A stretch of DNA of 64,000 nt from Alistipes sp. (GCA_045650235.1 JAZRQX010000023.1:9244-73243); one strand, 5' to 3'; positions 1 to 11,133 are shown, counted from the first letter of the stretch. A program made the numbers and translations. The notes: generated from the letters alone by a model not told the origin.

Positions 1-1
1 G

Positions 2-922
2 GAGGCCAAGCGTCTGGATATGTACAACATCGAGGGATTGAAGGATATTATGGACAACCTGCAGGCATCGGTCTCGATGACGACCTACCGCAACGACCTC
101 GCCTCGGAGGGAGAGGCCGAGGAGGCCACGTCGTCGATGGTAGCCTACCTGCTCGGTCTGGTGCTGGGTATGATGCTATATATGTTCCTTATTATATATG
201 GCTCGATGGTGATGACCTCCGTGATCGAGGAGAAGGGCTCGCGCGTGCTGGACGTGCTGGTGTCGAGCGTCAACCCCTTCCAGCTGATGCTGGGTAAGAT
301 CCTGGGCGTGGCGTCGGTGGCTGTAACACAGATCGCCATCTGGGGCGTACTGATTTGCGGATTGGGCGCTACGGTGCTGCCCGCACTAATGCCCGCCGAT
401 GTGATGCAGGCCGTCGAGGCTGTCCAGGCGGGTCAGATGACCGCACTCGATGCCGAGCTCGATGCCGATATGCTCTCGGCTCTGTCGATTGCTACCGATG
501 TGGGAGGACTCGTTATGATGTTCGTGTGGCTACTGCTCTTCCTTCTGGGTGGATTCCTCTTCTACTCGGCGATGTTCGCCGCCGTAGGCTCGGCTGTGGA
601 TTCGATACAGGATGCCAACCAGCTGCAGACACCCATCACGATGCCTATTATCCTGGCGCTGATTTTGGCGATGTCGGTCTTCAACGACCCCAACTCATCG
701 CTCGCATTCTGGGGCTCAGTTATCCCCTTCACCTCACCCATTGTGATGATGGCGCGCATACCTTTCGGCATACCGACGTGGGAGATTGTACTCTCGCTGG
801 TGTTGCTCTACGCCTCGGTTGTGGCAATGGCGTGGGCCGCAGGAAAGATATACCGCGTGGGAATCTTTATGCACGGCAAGAAACCGTCGCTGAAGGAGTT
901 GCTATCGTGGATTAAGCAGTAA
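2..922 (+). CDS. ABC-2/NatB-type ABC transporter permease (5' truncated by window)
   Basis: Frame open from base 2; multiple TM helices; EEKGSRVLDVLVSS...GKILG and PFTSPIVMMARIP motifs. Confidence 0.85.
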   Translation, partial: EAKRLDMYNIEGLKDIMDNLQASVSMTTYRNDLASEGEAEEATSSMVAYLLGLVLGMMLYMFLIIYGSMVMTSVIEEKGSRVLDVLVSSVNPFQLMLGKILGVASVAVTQIAIWGVLICGLGATVLPALMPADVMQAVEAVQAGQMTALDAELDADMLSALSIATDVGGLVMMFVWLLLFLLGGFLFYSAMFAAVGSAVDSIQDANQLQTPITMPIILALILAMSVFNDPNSSLAFWGSVIPFTSPIVMMARIPFGIPTWEIVLSLVLLYASVVAMAWAAGKIYRVGIFMHGKKPSLKELLSWIKQ

Positions 923-926
923 TAAG

Positions 927-960
927 AAAGCCTGTCAGTTCGTTTCTGACAGGCTTTTTT
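927..960. terminator. Bidirectional intrinsic terminator
   Basis: AAAGCCTGTCAG...CTGACAGGCTTTTTT hairpin between convergent genes. Confidence 0.8.
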
Positions 961-961
961 A

Positions 962-2272
962 TTAACCGATTTTATAGTAGGTAAATCCATACTCTTCTAA
1001 CTCTTCCTTTTCGTAGATATTTCGTCCATCGAAAACCACTCGCTGTCGCATCGTGCGGGCCAGAACAGCGAAGCTCGGCAGACGGAACTCCTTCCACTCG
1101 GTGAGCATCATCAGCGCATCGGAGTCGATGGCCGCCTCGTACATATCCTTGCAGTAAATCACCTTATCGCCGATGCGACGACGGCACTCCTCCATAGCCA
1201 CAGGATCATAGACCTTGATGCGGCAACCAGCCTCGGCGAGCTGCTCGATCAATCGCAGTGCGGGAGCTTCGCGCACATCGTCCGTTTCGGGCTTGAAGGC
1301 AAGCCCCCAAATGGTAATGGTCAGCGAACTTAAATCACCCCCGTAGTGGCGCGAGAGCTTCTCAAACAAAACCCCCTTCTGCTGCTCATTGACCTGCTCG
1401 ACGGCCTCCAGAACTCGCATCCGATAGCCGCTCTGCTCGGCGGTGCGGATCAGCGCGCGCACATCCTTCGGGAAGCACGAGCCTCCGTAGCCGCAACCCG
1501 GGTAGAGGAACTTCTTGCCGATGCGCGTATCGGCACCAATGCCCTTGCGCACCATATTCACGTCGGCACCTACCCTCTCGCAGAGGTTCGCCACGTCGTT
1601 CATAAACGAGATGCGCGTTGCCAGCATAGCATTGGCGGCATACTTGGTCATCTCGGCCGAGGGGACGTCCATAAAAAGCACGCGGAAGTTATTTATCAGG
1701 AACGGGCGGTAGAGCTTCGAGAGAAGCTTTCGGGCGCGCTCGCTCCTTACGCCCACCACAACTCGGTCGGGCGACATAAAATCCTTAACAGCAGCGCCCT
1801 CCTTCAGGAATTCGGGATTCGACGCAACGTCGAACTCCACATCTACGCCCCTACGCTCCAGCTCCTCACGGATGGCCTGCTCGGCTCGAGCAGCCGTACC
1901 GACGGGAACAGTCGATTTGATGACGAAGAGCGTATAGCGCTCGATGAGTCGTCCCACCTGGCGGGCTACGGCCATCACCTGACTCATATCGGCCGAGCCA
2001 TCCTCGTCGGGCGGCGTACCTACGGCGGCGAAGATAATCTGCACCTGCGAGATGCACTCCTCCAGAGAAGTGGAGAAGCGGAGTCGGCCTGCGGCCACGT
2101 TGCGCTCGATAATCTCCTGCAGACCGGGCTCATAGATGGGCACCTCGCCGCGGCATAGGCGGTCGATCTTCTGGCGGTCGATGTCGATGCAACTCACCGT
2201 CGCTCCCATCTCCGCAAAGCAGGCTCCCGAAACAAGGCCCACATAACCCGTACCGATTATAGCTATATCCAA
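962..2272 (-). CDS. ugd: UDP-glucose/GDP-mannose dehydrogenase
   Basis: GTGYVG Rossmann motif, SNPEFLKEG, GYGGSCFPKD catalytic Cys, GLAFKP. Confidence 0.93.
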   Translation of the reverse strand: MDIAIIGTGYVGLVSGACFAEMGATVSCIDIDRQKIDRLCRGEVPIYEPGLQEIIERNVAAGRLRFSTSLEECISQVQIIFAAVGTPPDEDGSADMSQVMAVARQVGRLIERYTLFVIKSTVPVGTAARAEQAIREELERRGVDVEFDVASNPEFLKEGAAVKDFMSPDRVVVGVRSERARKLLSKLYRPFLINNFRVLFMDVPSAEMTKYAANAMLATRISFMNDVANLCERVGADVNMVRKGIGADTRIGKKFLYPGCGYGGSCFPKDVRALIRTAEQSGYRMRVLEAVEQVNEQQKGVLFEKLSRHYGGDLSSLTITIWGLAFKPETDDVREAPALRLIEQLAEAGCRIKVYDPVAMEECRRRIGDKVIYCKDMYEAAIDSDALMMLTEWKEFRLPSFAVLARTMRQRVVFDGRNIYEKEELEEYGFTYYKIG

Positions 2273-2310
2273 TTTATTAAAGTTTTTGATGCAATTGTTA
2301 AGTTATCTTG

Positions 2311-2415
2311 CTCTCGGTGGCCAACCTTGCGGCCCTTGGCCGCATTAACAGTTTTTGACCCACCCCCACACCCCCGCCTTAGGCAGGGGCTTCGGTCGCC
2401 GCATAAAGCGGCTCC
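2311..2415 (+). repeat. Dispersed intergenic repeat family A, copy 1
   Basis: ACCTTGCGGCCCTTGGCCGCAT...CCCCGCCTTAGGCAGGGGCTTCGGTCGC; similar copies at 51658-51821 and 54795-54896. Confidence 0.85.
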
Positions 2416-2712
2416 TAAAAAGGAGCAATCATCGGATGTGTAATTCCGTAAATTTCTTCTTTCCACCCTTACCTGTTTGTGGGCATCACACAAAGATACG
2501 TTTTTTTTGGTGTAAGGAGCAAATATTTCGCCCTTTTTCGAGCGGCGGGCCTCGGCTCGCGGAAAAATAGCTGACTTTGGCCTCGTTGCGCCGATAGGCA
2601 ACGGCCGCTTCGGGCGAAAGAGAGTGTCGCGCCGATACGGCAACATCATTTTTTACACATTCCCGACTGTTTGTTGTATGGTTTTTGCAACGGGGAGGGA
2701 AAACGAAATGCT

Positions 2713-3153
2713 ATGAAAAAGTTATTTATCTACTCACTGCTCCTACTGCTATCGGCATCGGTCTCGGCATCGGCCCACATCGGGCGGCCCATAGAGCAGC
2801 GAGAGCTGCCCGCACCGGCACGGCAGTTCATCGAAAAGTATTTCCCCAATACGGTCTTAACACTGGCGCGTGTGGAGGGTGTGAGCATAATGCATCGGGA
2901 GTACGAAGTGGTGCTGAGCGACGCCACGCGCATCGAGTTTCGGGGCAACGGCGAGTGGCAGCAGGTCGATAGCCGCGAGCCTCTGCCGCAGGGCATCGTG
3001 CCGCGCCAGATCGAGAGCTACGTCGCAGAGCGTTTTCAGCACGAACGGATCGTAGGCATCGAGCGCGACCGCCGAAGCTACGAGGTGGCGCTCGACAGCG
3101 GCGTGGAGCTGCGCTTCGATAGCTCCTTCAGGCTGACCGAAATTGATGACTAA
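2713..3153 (+). CDS. PepSY-like (BLIP-like) secreted protein
   Basis: Signal peptide; two LP..A..FI...FP / YEV.L..G..L.FD repeats; start taken at MKKLF. Confidence 0.8.
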   Translation: MKKLFIYSLLLLLSASVSASAHIGRPIEQRELPAPARQFIEKYFPNTVLTLARVEGVSIMHREYEVVLSDATRIEFRGNGEWQQVDSREPLPQGIVPRQIESYVAERFQHERIVGIERDRRSYEVALDSGVELRFDSSFRLTEIDD

Positions 3154-3171
3154 CAATAAATTACAGGCTCT

Positions 3172-4014
3172 ATGAAACGACTATTTCTCTCTATTTCCCT
3201 CGCCGCAGCGCTTACATCGTGCAGCGACAACGATGAGGTATATTACCCCGTAACGCAGCAGCTCCAGCAGGCATTGTACGACCTCTACCCCGAGGCGCAG
3301 GATGTTGAGTGGGGATCCACGGTGGGGTACTTGGTGGCCGACTTTGTGCTGCCCGCAACCGACCTTCTTTATGCCGAGGCCGAGGCGTGGTTTACGCCGA
3401 TGGCCGTATGGCAGATGACATCGCGCGACGTAACCTACTCGTCGCTGCCCGAGGCCGTTACGCAGGCCTTCGAGCTGAGTGCCTACGGAGCTGCCGCGGT
3501 GGAGGATGTAGTGCGCATCGACCGCCTCGATGCAATGACGATTTACACCATCACGGTCGATCGCACGCGACTGCCCGACATCAGCCTCTTCTACACGGCC
3601 GAGGGCGTGCTGATCGAGGAGTTGCCAGACGACGGCTACGACGACTTCCGCCGCTACCTGCCCACGACTCTACCAACGCAGATTGCCACCTACATCTCGC
3701 GCAACTACCCCACGGCAATCGTACTCACGTTTGAGCGGCGCAAGGGTGCTACCGAGGTGGACGTTCTGGACGGAGATCAGGTGAGGCAGATATATTTTGA
3801 CGCTATGAATCGTTGGGGGCTCACACGCACAGAGTTGCAGCAAAGCGAGTTACCACAGCTTATCACGCTCGCCATCGACAATCTCTACCTTGAGTACACC
3901 ATCGACGATGCGGCGCTTATCGACAGCCCCAATGGCGAATACTATCTCATCGAGGTCGAAAGCTCGGTCGGAGAAAGCACGCTGAGGATCTCGACCCAGG
4001 GTGAGGTATTATAA
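3172..4014 (+). CDS. PepSY-like repeat lipoprotein
   Basis: Lipobox LTSC; repeated LPEAV/LPTQI/LPQLI units. Confidence 0.75.
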   Translation: MKRLFLSISLAAALTSCSDNDEVYYPVTQQLQQALYDLYPEAQDVEWGSTVGYLVADFVLPATDLLYAEAEAWFTPMAVWQMTSRDVTYSSLPEAVTQAFELSAYGAAAVEDVVRIDRLDAMTIYTITVDRTRLPDISLFYTAEGVLIEELPDDGYDDFRRYLPTTLPTQIATYISRNYPTAIVLTFERRKGATEVDVLDGDQVRQIYFDAMNRWGLTRTELQQSELPQLITLAIDNLYLEYTIDDAALIDSPNGEYYLIEVESSVGESTLRISTQGEVL

Positions 4015-4042
4015 ATTTTTTTCAACTGTTTAAACGAGCGGA

Positions 4043-4070
4043 GGGGACTCGGTTTTGAGTCCCCTCTTTT
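4043..4070 (+). terminator. Intrinsic terminator
   Basis: GGGGACTC-ggtttt-GAGTCCCC followed by T-run. Confidence 0.75.
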
Positions 4071-4189
4071 TCTACGCGCATCAGCCAGCCGTTACGGCTG
4101 TTTTGCATCCGCCTGCTATTCCTGCTAAATAATATGATAGCAGCAATGGAGGCTATTTCCGCGCGTCAGCCTCATTTTGAATTTTGCAT

Positions 4190-4223
4190 AAAAAAACGGC
4201 TGCGTCACTAAGGGCGCAGCCGA
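4190..4223 (-). terminator. Intrinsic terminator (minus strand)
   Basis: CGGCTGCG...CGCAGCCG stem plus A7 on the + strand. Confidence 0.75.
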
Positions 4224-4583
4224 CCAGCAATCAAAAAACCATATTCTACAAAAAGAGTATTTTCTTCGAATTTAAGTTTGTTTGTAGGTTAAGCCTGGGC
4301 CGAATCATATCGGCTGTGGGCAAACCCACGCGGGTGAGCAGAGCGCTCGACACTTAAAACGTTTCGAGAGTCAGTGTCAATCCGAATCGTCGCGTTTATC
4401 CGGATTGGCCCCTCGTCCCTCCGCGTTGGCGCCGTGCCTGCGCCTGCCTCCGCGATGAACGAGCCTGAGGGCTCGCCGACCTGCGAGCCTCGTTATTTGC
4501 GGTCGGGTCGTTGCTCCCGCCGCCGAGGTCGAGGTGGTCTTCGCGGCCGTACAACTGGCCGCGAGAGTATGTCGTAAATGTTA

Positions 4584-6047
4584 TTACTTACCCAACTTGA
4601 GATCCAAACCTACACCCCAAGCCCAAGAGGTACGATTGTAAACATCGGTGAAGTCGATGCCCGATGCTACACCACGAGCTGTTGCAGTCTCGTAGAAAGT
4701 AGGCATAACACCCAAGTTCAAACGAACCTTCTCAGAGAACTTATATGCTGCACCGAAGCCTACTGACCAAGATGAGATTGAGTAGTTCATATCTGAGTAG
4801 TTGTTCTCAATCATATTGAGCTGAGTACGCTGTGCACCTGCCGATACCAACCACTTCTCCGAGATGGTCCACTCGGCTCCCAACAGATACTCGTTGGTGT
4901 TACCATCGATTACATTAGAGAATGAGTTCTCAGCGTCCTTATCGAAGTAGTGGTGCCACTCGGCAGTAACCTTAACGGGACCGAAGTGACGGCTAACAGC
5001 TGCAGACAACAGAGCGGGAGTCTCCGACTTAACGGTGGTGCCGTCAGCGAAGATTGAGTTGATAACGGGATCCTTAGCCGATACGGGAGCCGACTCGATC
5101 TCGAGCTCGGTGCCCATCTTGAACTCATACTTGATTGAAGCATCCCACTTACCCTTGTGGATAGCCAACGCCAGAACGGGGCTTACCGAGGTACCCTTCT
5201 GCTTAACGTCGAGGATGTGGTCTGAGGTAAGAGCTGCGTACTGAGCTGCCTGCTGAGCCAATGCGGGGTTGATAGCACCCAAAGCCTGACCGGCAGCGGT
5301 GAAGAACTGTGATGCACCCATCATCTGACCATTAAGGCCCATAGCTGCCATCGTGGGGTTGATCTGAATATCGTCGATCTCGCCAACGTAAGAGTTGTTG
5401 GTAACGCCTACACGAACCTGAGCAGCGATTGACAACCAATCGGTGACACGGAATGCAGCACCTACGTTGAACGCCAGAGTCATCGACTTACCCGTAAGCT
5501 CCATATCCATATCGTAAGCCGAAGCCGACAGACCCATTGCAGCACCAAGCTGATTGATTGCACCGGGCAGAACTGAGAACTGACGCTCGAATGAGCCCAG
5601 ACCCTCGTCAAACTCGAGTGAACCGCCACCGCCGTTCACGCCCAGACCTGCCATAATTGCCCAACGGTTGTGCTTCCAAGTCAGGTGAACGCTGGGGATA
5701 ACGGGAGAGAATACCTCGCCCTTGAAGTCCTTCGTAGCCATACCGTGGTTCTCGGCACCCATTGCAAATGCAGCGTAGGTTGAAGAGATGGTACGGGTCT
5801 GCTTCGCCATCTGATCGTTAAGACCAATGTGGAAGCCGTTCTCCATAAATACAACACCCGCGGGGTTGTTATATACTGCATCGGGATCAAGCGACGTACC
5901 GCGAGCGATGCTACGCAAGAACGATGCACTCTGATTTGAGTTAGTCATCGGACCACCTGCAAATGCCGAGGTGGCGATAATCATTGTGGCCGCGAGGGCC
6001 ATTGTCATTTTGTAAAAAATCTTCATTGCTGTCTTCTTTTTCATCAT
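4584..6047 (-). CDS. FadL/OmpP1-like outer-membrane beta-barrel transporter
   Basis: Signal peptide; D..YNNPAG hatch motif; amphipathic C-terminal strands; start may be 6026. Confidence 0.8.
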   Translation of the reverse strand: MMKKKTAMKIFYKMTMALAATMIIATSAFAGGPMTNSNQSASFLRSIARGTSLDPDAVYNNPAGVVFMENGFHIGLNDQMAKQTRTISSTYAAFAMGAENHGMATKDFKGEVFSPVIPSVHLTWKHNRWAIMAGLGVNGGGGSLEFDEGLGSFERQFSVLPGAINQLGAAMGLSASAYDMDMELTGKSMTLAFNVGAAFRVTDWLSIAAQVRVGVTNNSYVGEIDDIQINPTMAAMGLNGQMMGASQFFTAAGQALGAINPALAQQAAQYAALTSDHILDVKQKGTSVSPVLALAIHKGKWDASIKYEFKMGTELEIESAPVSAKDPVINSIFADGTTVKSETPALLSAAVSRHFGPVKVTAEWHHYFDKDAENSFSNVIDGNTNEYLLGAEWTISEKWLVSAGAQRTQLNMIENNYSDMNYSISSWSVGFGAAYKFSEKVRLNLGVMPTFYETATARGVASGIDFTDVYNRTSWAWGVGLDLKLGK

Positions 6048-6577
6048 CGCAGCCGATTGCTGATGTGGCCGACGATGATACTTGTTAATATTGGTTTTTT
6101 GAATAAATGCTCAATTCGGGCGCAGCCCTAATCGGACCACTGCCGAGCAAAAAAGTGTAGCTCGTCGGATGCAAAAGTCAAATATTTTTTTTGAATGGCA
6201 AAATTTATGTGGTTAAGGCCCCTCTCTTGGTATGAAACAACAGAGTTTGGGGACGAAAATCCGCATTTTGTGGCGAAATTCCCACTTGAAATGTTCTTTC
6301 AAGGAAATCAAATGTTCGATCTGTAGCCTGCAAGGGCTGTTTCGGGACGCTTTTTTTCGGCTCGCACACCTATTTTTAAAATAAAAGCCGCCACCGAAGA
6401 ATATCGTATTATTTTTTTAGCTATATTTGCAGGGTATAGGGCCTTGAAGAAGGCTTTTCGACAAAAGGCGGTCGCACCCAAGGGTGAGGCTCTCCTTACA
6501 CGAAACAAGCTCCGGCCCTTAAAACCGACCCGAAACAAGAGAAAATCTCAATAACAATTTAAATAAACAAAAGAATT

Positions 6578-7840
6578 ATGTTCGCAATTGACAATTACGA
6601 TTTCACCGGTAAGCGTGCAATCATCCGCGTTGACTTCAACGTACCCCTCAACGGCGAGGGTCAGGTAACTGATGACACTCGTATTCGTGCTGCAATCCCC
6701 ACCATCAAGAAGGTGCTGGAGAAGGGCGGTTCGGTAGTTTTGATGTCTCACCTTGGTCGTCCCAAGAAGAATCCCGATCCGAAGTTCTCACTCGAGCAGA
6801 TCATCCCCGCTATCGAGGCACGTCTGGGCGTAGAGGTTAAGTTCGCTGGCGACTGTATGGGCGAGAAGGCTGCTGAGATGGCTGCCGCGCTGAAGCCCGG
6901 TGAGGTTATGTTGCTTGAGAACCTCCGTTTCTATGCTGAGGAGGAGGGCAAGCCCCGTGGTTTGGCAGAGGATGCTACCGACGAGGAGAAGAAGGCAGCA
7001 AAGAAGGCTCTGAAGGAGGGTCCCCAGAAGGAGTTCGTGAAGAAGCTCGCTTCGTACGCTGACTGCTACATCAACGACGCATTCGGTACTGCTCACCGCG
7101 CTCACTCATCAACCGCGCTGATCGCTGACTACTTCCCCGAGGATAAGATGTTCGGCTACGTTATGGAGAACGAGCTGAAGGCTATCGACGGCGTGATGGA
7201 GAATCCCCAGCGTCCCTTCGTAGCTATCGTAGGTGGTTCGAAGGTATCGACCAAGATCTCTATCATCGAGAAGCTGATGGAGAAGTGCGACAAGATCATC
7301 ATCGGTGGTGGTATGACCTACACCTTCGCTGCTGCTCAGGGTGGTAAGGTTGGTCAGTCAATCTGCGAGCCCGATATGTTCCCCGTAGCATTGGAGATCC
7401 TGAAGAAGGCTGAGGAGAAGGGTATCAAGATCGTTACCACTCCCGACGCTTTGGTAGCTGACGACTTCGCTGAGACTGCTAACACTCAGGAGTGCCCCGC
7501 AAACGCAATCCCCGACGGTTGGGAGGGTCTGGACATCGCTGCTGGCGGTAAGGAGCTCTTCCGCAAGGAGATTCTCGAGTGCAAGACTATCCTCTGGAAC
7601 GGTCCCGTTGGCGTATTCGAGATGGATAAGTTCGCAACCGGTTCACGCGCTGTAGCTGAGGCTATCGCTGAGGCAACGGCTGAGGGTGCTTTCTCACTGA
7701 TCGGTGGTGGCGACTCAGTAGCTTGTATCAACAAGTTCGGTTTGGCCGACAAGGTATCTTACGTATCAACCGGTGGTGGTGCACTTCTGGAGTATATGGA
7801 GGGTAAGGTATTGCCGGGCGTAGCTGCTATCCGCAAGTAA
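6578..7840 (+). CDS. pgk: Phosphoglycerate kinase
   Basis: [33 protein letters not shown]. Confidence 0.98.
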   Translation: MFAIDNYDFTGKRAIIRVDFNVPLNGEGQVTDDTRIRAAIPTIKKVLEKGGSVVLMSHLGRPKKNPDPKFSLEQIIPAIEARLGVEVKFAGDCMGEKAAEMAAALKPGEVMLLENLRFYAEEEGKPRGLAEDATDEEKKAAKKALKEGPQKEFVKKLASYADCYINDAFGTAHRAHSSTALIADYFPEDKMFGYVMENELKAIDGVMENPQRPFVAIVGGSKVSTKISIIEKLMEKCDKIIIGGGMTYTFAAAQGGKVGQSICEPDMFPVALEILKKAEEKGIKIVTTPDALVADDFAETANTQECPANAIPDGWEGLDIAAGGKELFRKEILECKTILWNGPVGVFEMDKFATGSRAVAEAIAEATAEGAFSLIGGGDSVACINKFGLADKVSYVSTGGGALLEYMEGKVLPGVAAIRK

Positions 7841-8014
7841 AAGTGTTTAATTTGGCTCTTTTGGCGTCTGGCTCGGCCTCGGGTTGCTCACATACGTCGG
7901 GTATGCTCCGCATTATGCCGCTGCGCAAGCCTTGAAAAGACTCACGACAAATGAATTTTCAAGAGGTGAAGGAGGTTTGGAAATTTTCAAACCGACTAAC
8001 CTGAAACATAAACG

Positions 8015-8049
8015 AAATTTTGAATTTTGAATTCTTAATTTTGAATTTT
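8015..8049. repeat. Degenerate heptamer tandem repeat (TTTTGAA-type)
   Basis: AATTTTGAATTTTGAATTCTTAATTTTGAATTTT; same family at 21911, 23321, 32637, 34216, 44641. Confidence 0.8.
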
Positions 8050-8094
8050 AAGGGTCGAGTCCTCTCGGCCCTTATTTTGATTTTGACTAAGTAA

Positions 8095-9006
8095 ATGAAG
8101 ATGCGTCGCAAGGAGTTCATACAATATCTCTCGAGCGGAATACTGCTCTTGGCCGTGGGACGTCTGCCCCAGGCGCAGGCTGCACCTCGTCGAACGCTGC
8201 GCTTTGGCGTTCTGACCGACACCCACTATGCCGACCGCCCGACAGCGGGCACGCGCCACTATGCCGACTCGCTGCAAAAGGTGGATGAGGCTATCGAGGC
8301 TTTCAATCGTGCAAAGGTAGATTTCGTCATCGAGCTTGGCGACCTGAAGGATATGGATGCGAAGGGTACGCCGGAGCTTACGCTCCGTTACCTGGACTCT
8401 ATCGAGCAGCGTCTGCGACGCTTCGATGGGCCTCTGTATCACGTTCTGGGTAACCACGATATGGATTGCATCACCAAGGAGGAGTTCCTCGCCCACACCT
8501 CGAACGCGGGCCGAGCCAATGGCCGCGCCTACTACTCATTCGAGGCGCAGGGAGTGCATTGCATAGTCCTCGATGCCAACTTCAACGCCGACATGACACC
8601 CTACTCGCGTGGCAACTTCGACTGGCGCGTGGCCAACATCCCCACAGAGCAGCTCGACTGGCTCGATGGGGAGCTGACAAGACATCGCCGCCAGCCGACC
8701 ATCATCTTCCTGCACCAGATGCTCGACAGCTTCTCCGACATCAACAAGGACCTCTGCGTCAAGAATGCCGACAAGGCCGTGGAGATTATCGAGCGTCACG
8801 AGCAGGTGCTGGCCGTCATTCAAGGACACCACCATCCGGGACACTACAGCTTCCGCCGAGGTGTTCATTACCTGACGCTCAACGGAATGATCGAGCAGGC
8901 TGCGCCCACGAACTCGTATGCCATCGTCGAGGTGCGTCCCAGCGGCGATATCTCGGTCGATGGGTTCAAGTCGTGCCCCGACCGCGAGTTATCACGTCAG
9001 AAATAG
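8095..9006 (+). CDS. Calcineurin-like metallophosphoesterase, possible Tat substrate
   Basis: RRKEF signal; DTH, GD, GNHD, GHHH metal motifs. Confidence 0.85.
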   Translation: MKMRRKEFIQYLSSGILLLAVGRLPQAQAAPRRTLRFGVLTDTHYADRPTAGTRHYADSLQKVDEAIEAFNRAKVDFVIELGDLKDMDAKGTPELTLRYLDSIEQRLRRFDGPLYHVLGNHDMDCITKEEFLAHTSNAGRANGRAYYSFEAQGVHCIVLDANFNADMTPYSRGNFDWRVANIPTEQLDWLDGELTRHRRQPTIIFLHQMLDSFSDINKDLCVKNADKAVEIIERHEQVLAVIQGHHHPGHYSFRRGVHYLTLNGMIEQAAPTNSYAIVEVRPSGDISVDGFKSCPDRELSRQK

Positions 9007-9023
9007 GACTCAATAACAAATAG

Positions 9024-11060
9024 ATGAATATGAAAAAGTTTTTATTAACCCTTTCAACCGTTGCCCTTATGGCAAGTTGTAACCAGAAAAAGGCAGAGAC
9101 AGTGCCCGCCATCGACCGTGCAAACTTCGATGAGACGGTGGCTCTGAACGAAGATTTTTATCAGTACGCCACAGGTGGCTGGCAGAAGGCCAACCCCCTC
9201 ACACCCGAGTACTCACGCTACGGCGTGTTTGAGGTGCTGGCGAAGAACAACGAATTGCAGATCAACGAGCTCTTCTCGGCTATGCTCGAGAGCAAGGCCG
9301 AGGTGGGTACCGTCGAGCAGAAGATTGCCGATCTCTACACGATGGGCCTCGACTCAGTACGTCTTAACAACGAGGGCGTAGCACCCGTCAAGCGCGACGT
9401 GGAGCAGATTATGGCTCTCACGACTCCGCAGGAGCTCTCGATCGCTGTGGCTCGCATCCACGAGGCGGCCGGCAGCCCCCTGTTCGGATTGTATGTTGGT
9501 GCCGATTTGATGAACTCTAACATCAACATCCTCAACATCGACCAGTCGGGCCTCGGCTTGGGTAACCGCGACTACTACCTCGACAAGGAGAACGCCGACA
9601 AGCGCGAGGGTTACACCAAGTGGCTTACGAAGGCATTCACGCTTCTGGGCTGGAACGATGCTGCCGATAAGGCTCAGGCCGTACTGCAGATGGAGACCCG
9701 TATGGCCGAGGCGTTCCGCTCGAATGTGGAACTGCGCGACGTTACGGCAAACTACAACCCTATGACCCGCGAGGAGTTCACAAAGCGTTACTCGGCTTTC
9801 GACTGGGCAGCCTACTTCGCGGAGATGGGCATCGGCTCGTTCGACAAGATCGCCGTAGGTCAGCCCGAGGTTTTGGATCGCGTATTCTCGCTCTTCCAGA
9901 AGGAGGATGTCGAGACCGTGAAGGCCTACCTCGTAGCAAGCGTTATGTCGAGCGCGGCAGGTTACTCGGGCGATGAGCTCTACGCCGCATACTTCGACTT
10001 CTTCGGCCGTCAGATGTCGGGTCAGGAGGAGATGCGCCCCCGCTGGAAGCGCGCTATGGCTGTGCCCAACCGCATCCTGGGCGAGGCTGTGGGCGAGCTC
10101 TACGTCAAGAAGTACTTCCCCGAGAGCGACAAGCAGCGTATGCAGCAGATCGTGAAGAACCTTCAGGTGGCACTCGGCCAGCACATCGACAACCTGGAGT
10201 GGATGTCGGCTGAGACCAAGGCAAAGGCTCACGAGAAATTGAACACCTTCACCGTGAAGATCGGCTACCCCGACAAGTGGAAGGACTACTCGTCACTCCG
10301 CATCGATCCCAAGCTCTCGTACTGGGAGAACATCAAGCGTGCAAACATCTGGTACACCGAGGATAACATCGCCGACCTGGGCAAGGAGGTTGACCGCGAG
10401 GAGTGGCATATGACTCCCCAGACCGTGAACGCCTACTACAACCCCACCACCAACGAGATCTGCTTCCCCGCAGCTATCCTGCAGCCGCCGTTCTACAACT
10501 CGGCAGCCGACGATGCGGTGAACTATGGTGCTATCGGCGTGGTTATCGGCCACGAGATGACTCACGGCTTCGACGATCAGGGCCGTCAGTTCGACAAGGA
10601 TGGTAATATGAGCAACTGGTGGACCGAAGCCGACGCTGCAGCATTCAAGGAGCGCACCGACGTGCTGGTTGATCAGTTTAATAAGGTATTGGTAATGCCC
10701 GCCAAGGGCGATCAGCCCGCGCTGTACGCCAACGGAGAGTTCTCGCTGGGTGAGAACATTGCCGATCAGGGTGGTCTGCGCGTATCTTACACCGCTATGC
10801 ACAACTCATTCGGCGGTCAGGAGCCCGAGGCCATCGACGGTTTCACGGCTGATCAGCGTTTCTACCTCTCTTATGCTACGATCTGGGCACAGACGATGCG
10901 CGACGAGGAGGTTATCCGCCGCACCAAGACTGACGAGCACTCGCTTGGCAAGAACCGTGTGAACGTGACGCTGCGCAACATCGAGACCTTCCACAAGGCA
11001 TTCGGCATCACCGATGGCGCAATGTTCCTGCCCGAGGAGGAGCGCATCATCATCTGGTAA
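9024..11060 (+). CDS. M13 family (neprilysin/PepO-like) metallopeptidase lipoprotein
   Basis: Lipobox MASC; VNAYY, HEMTH, GENIAD. Confidence 0.95.
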   Translation: MNMKKFLLTLSTVALMASCNQKKAETVPAIDRANFDETVALNEDFYQYATGGWQKANPLTPEYSRYGVFEVLAKNNELQINELFSAMLESKAEVGTVEQKIADLYTMGLDSVRLNNEGVAPVKRDVEQIMALTTPQELSIAVARIHEAAGSPLFGLYVGADLMNSNINILNIDQSGLGLGNRDYYLDKENADKREGYTKWLTKAFTLLGWNDAADKAQAVLQMETRMAEAFRSNVELRDVTANYNPMTREEFTKRYSAFDWAAYFAEMGIGSFDKIAVGQPEVLDRVFSLFQKEDVETVKAYLVASVMSSAAGYSGDELYAAYFDFFGRQMSGQEEMRPRWKRAMAVPNRILGEAVGELYVKKYFPESDKQRMQQIVKNLQVALGQHIDNLEWMSAETKAKAHEKLNTFTVKIGYPDKWKDYSSLRIDPKLSYWENIKRANIWYTEDNIADLGKEVDREEWHMTPQTVNAYYNPTTNEICFPAAILQPPFYNSAADDAVNYGAIGVVIGHEMTHGFDDQGRQFDKDGNMSNWWTEADAAAFKERTDVLVDQFNKVLVMPAKGDQPALYANGEFSLGENIADQGGLRVSYTAMHNSFGGQEPEAIDGFTADQRFYLSYATIWAQTMRDEEVIRRTKTDEHSLGKNRVNVTLRNIETFHKAFGITDGAMFLPEEERIIIW

Positions 11061-11133
11061 CAGGCGTAACGCCTGTTTTCCAACCGCCTGCTACCCCCGC
11101 TTTTGAGCGTGGTGGGCTTCCCTCGCCTTAATA

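Noticed and set aside
6940-7030. Charged insertion in PGK
   Set aside because: To my knowledge typical of Bacteroidota PGK
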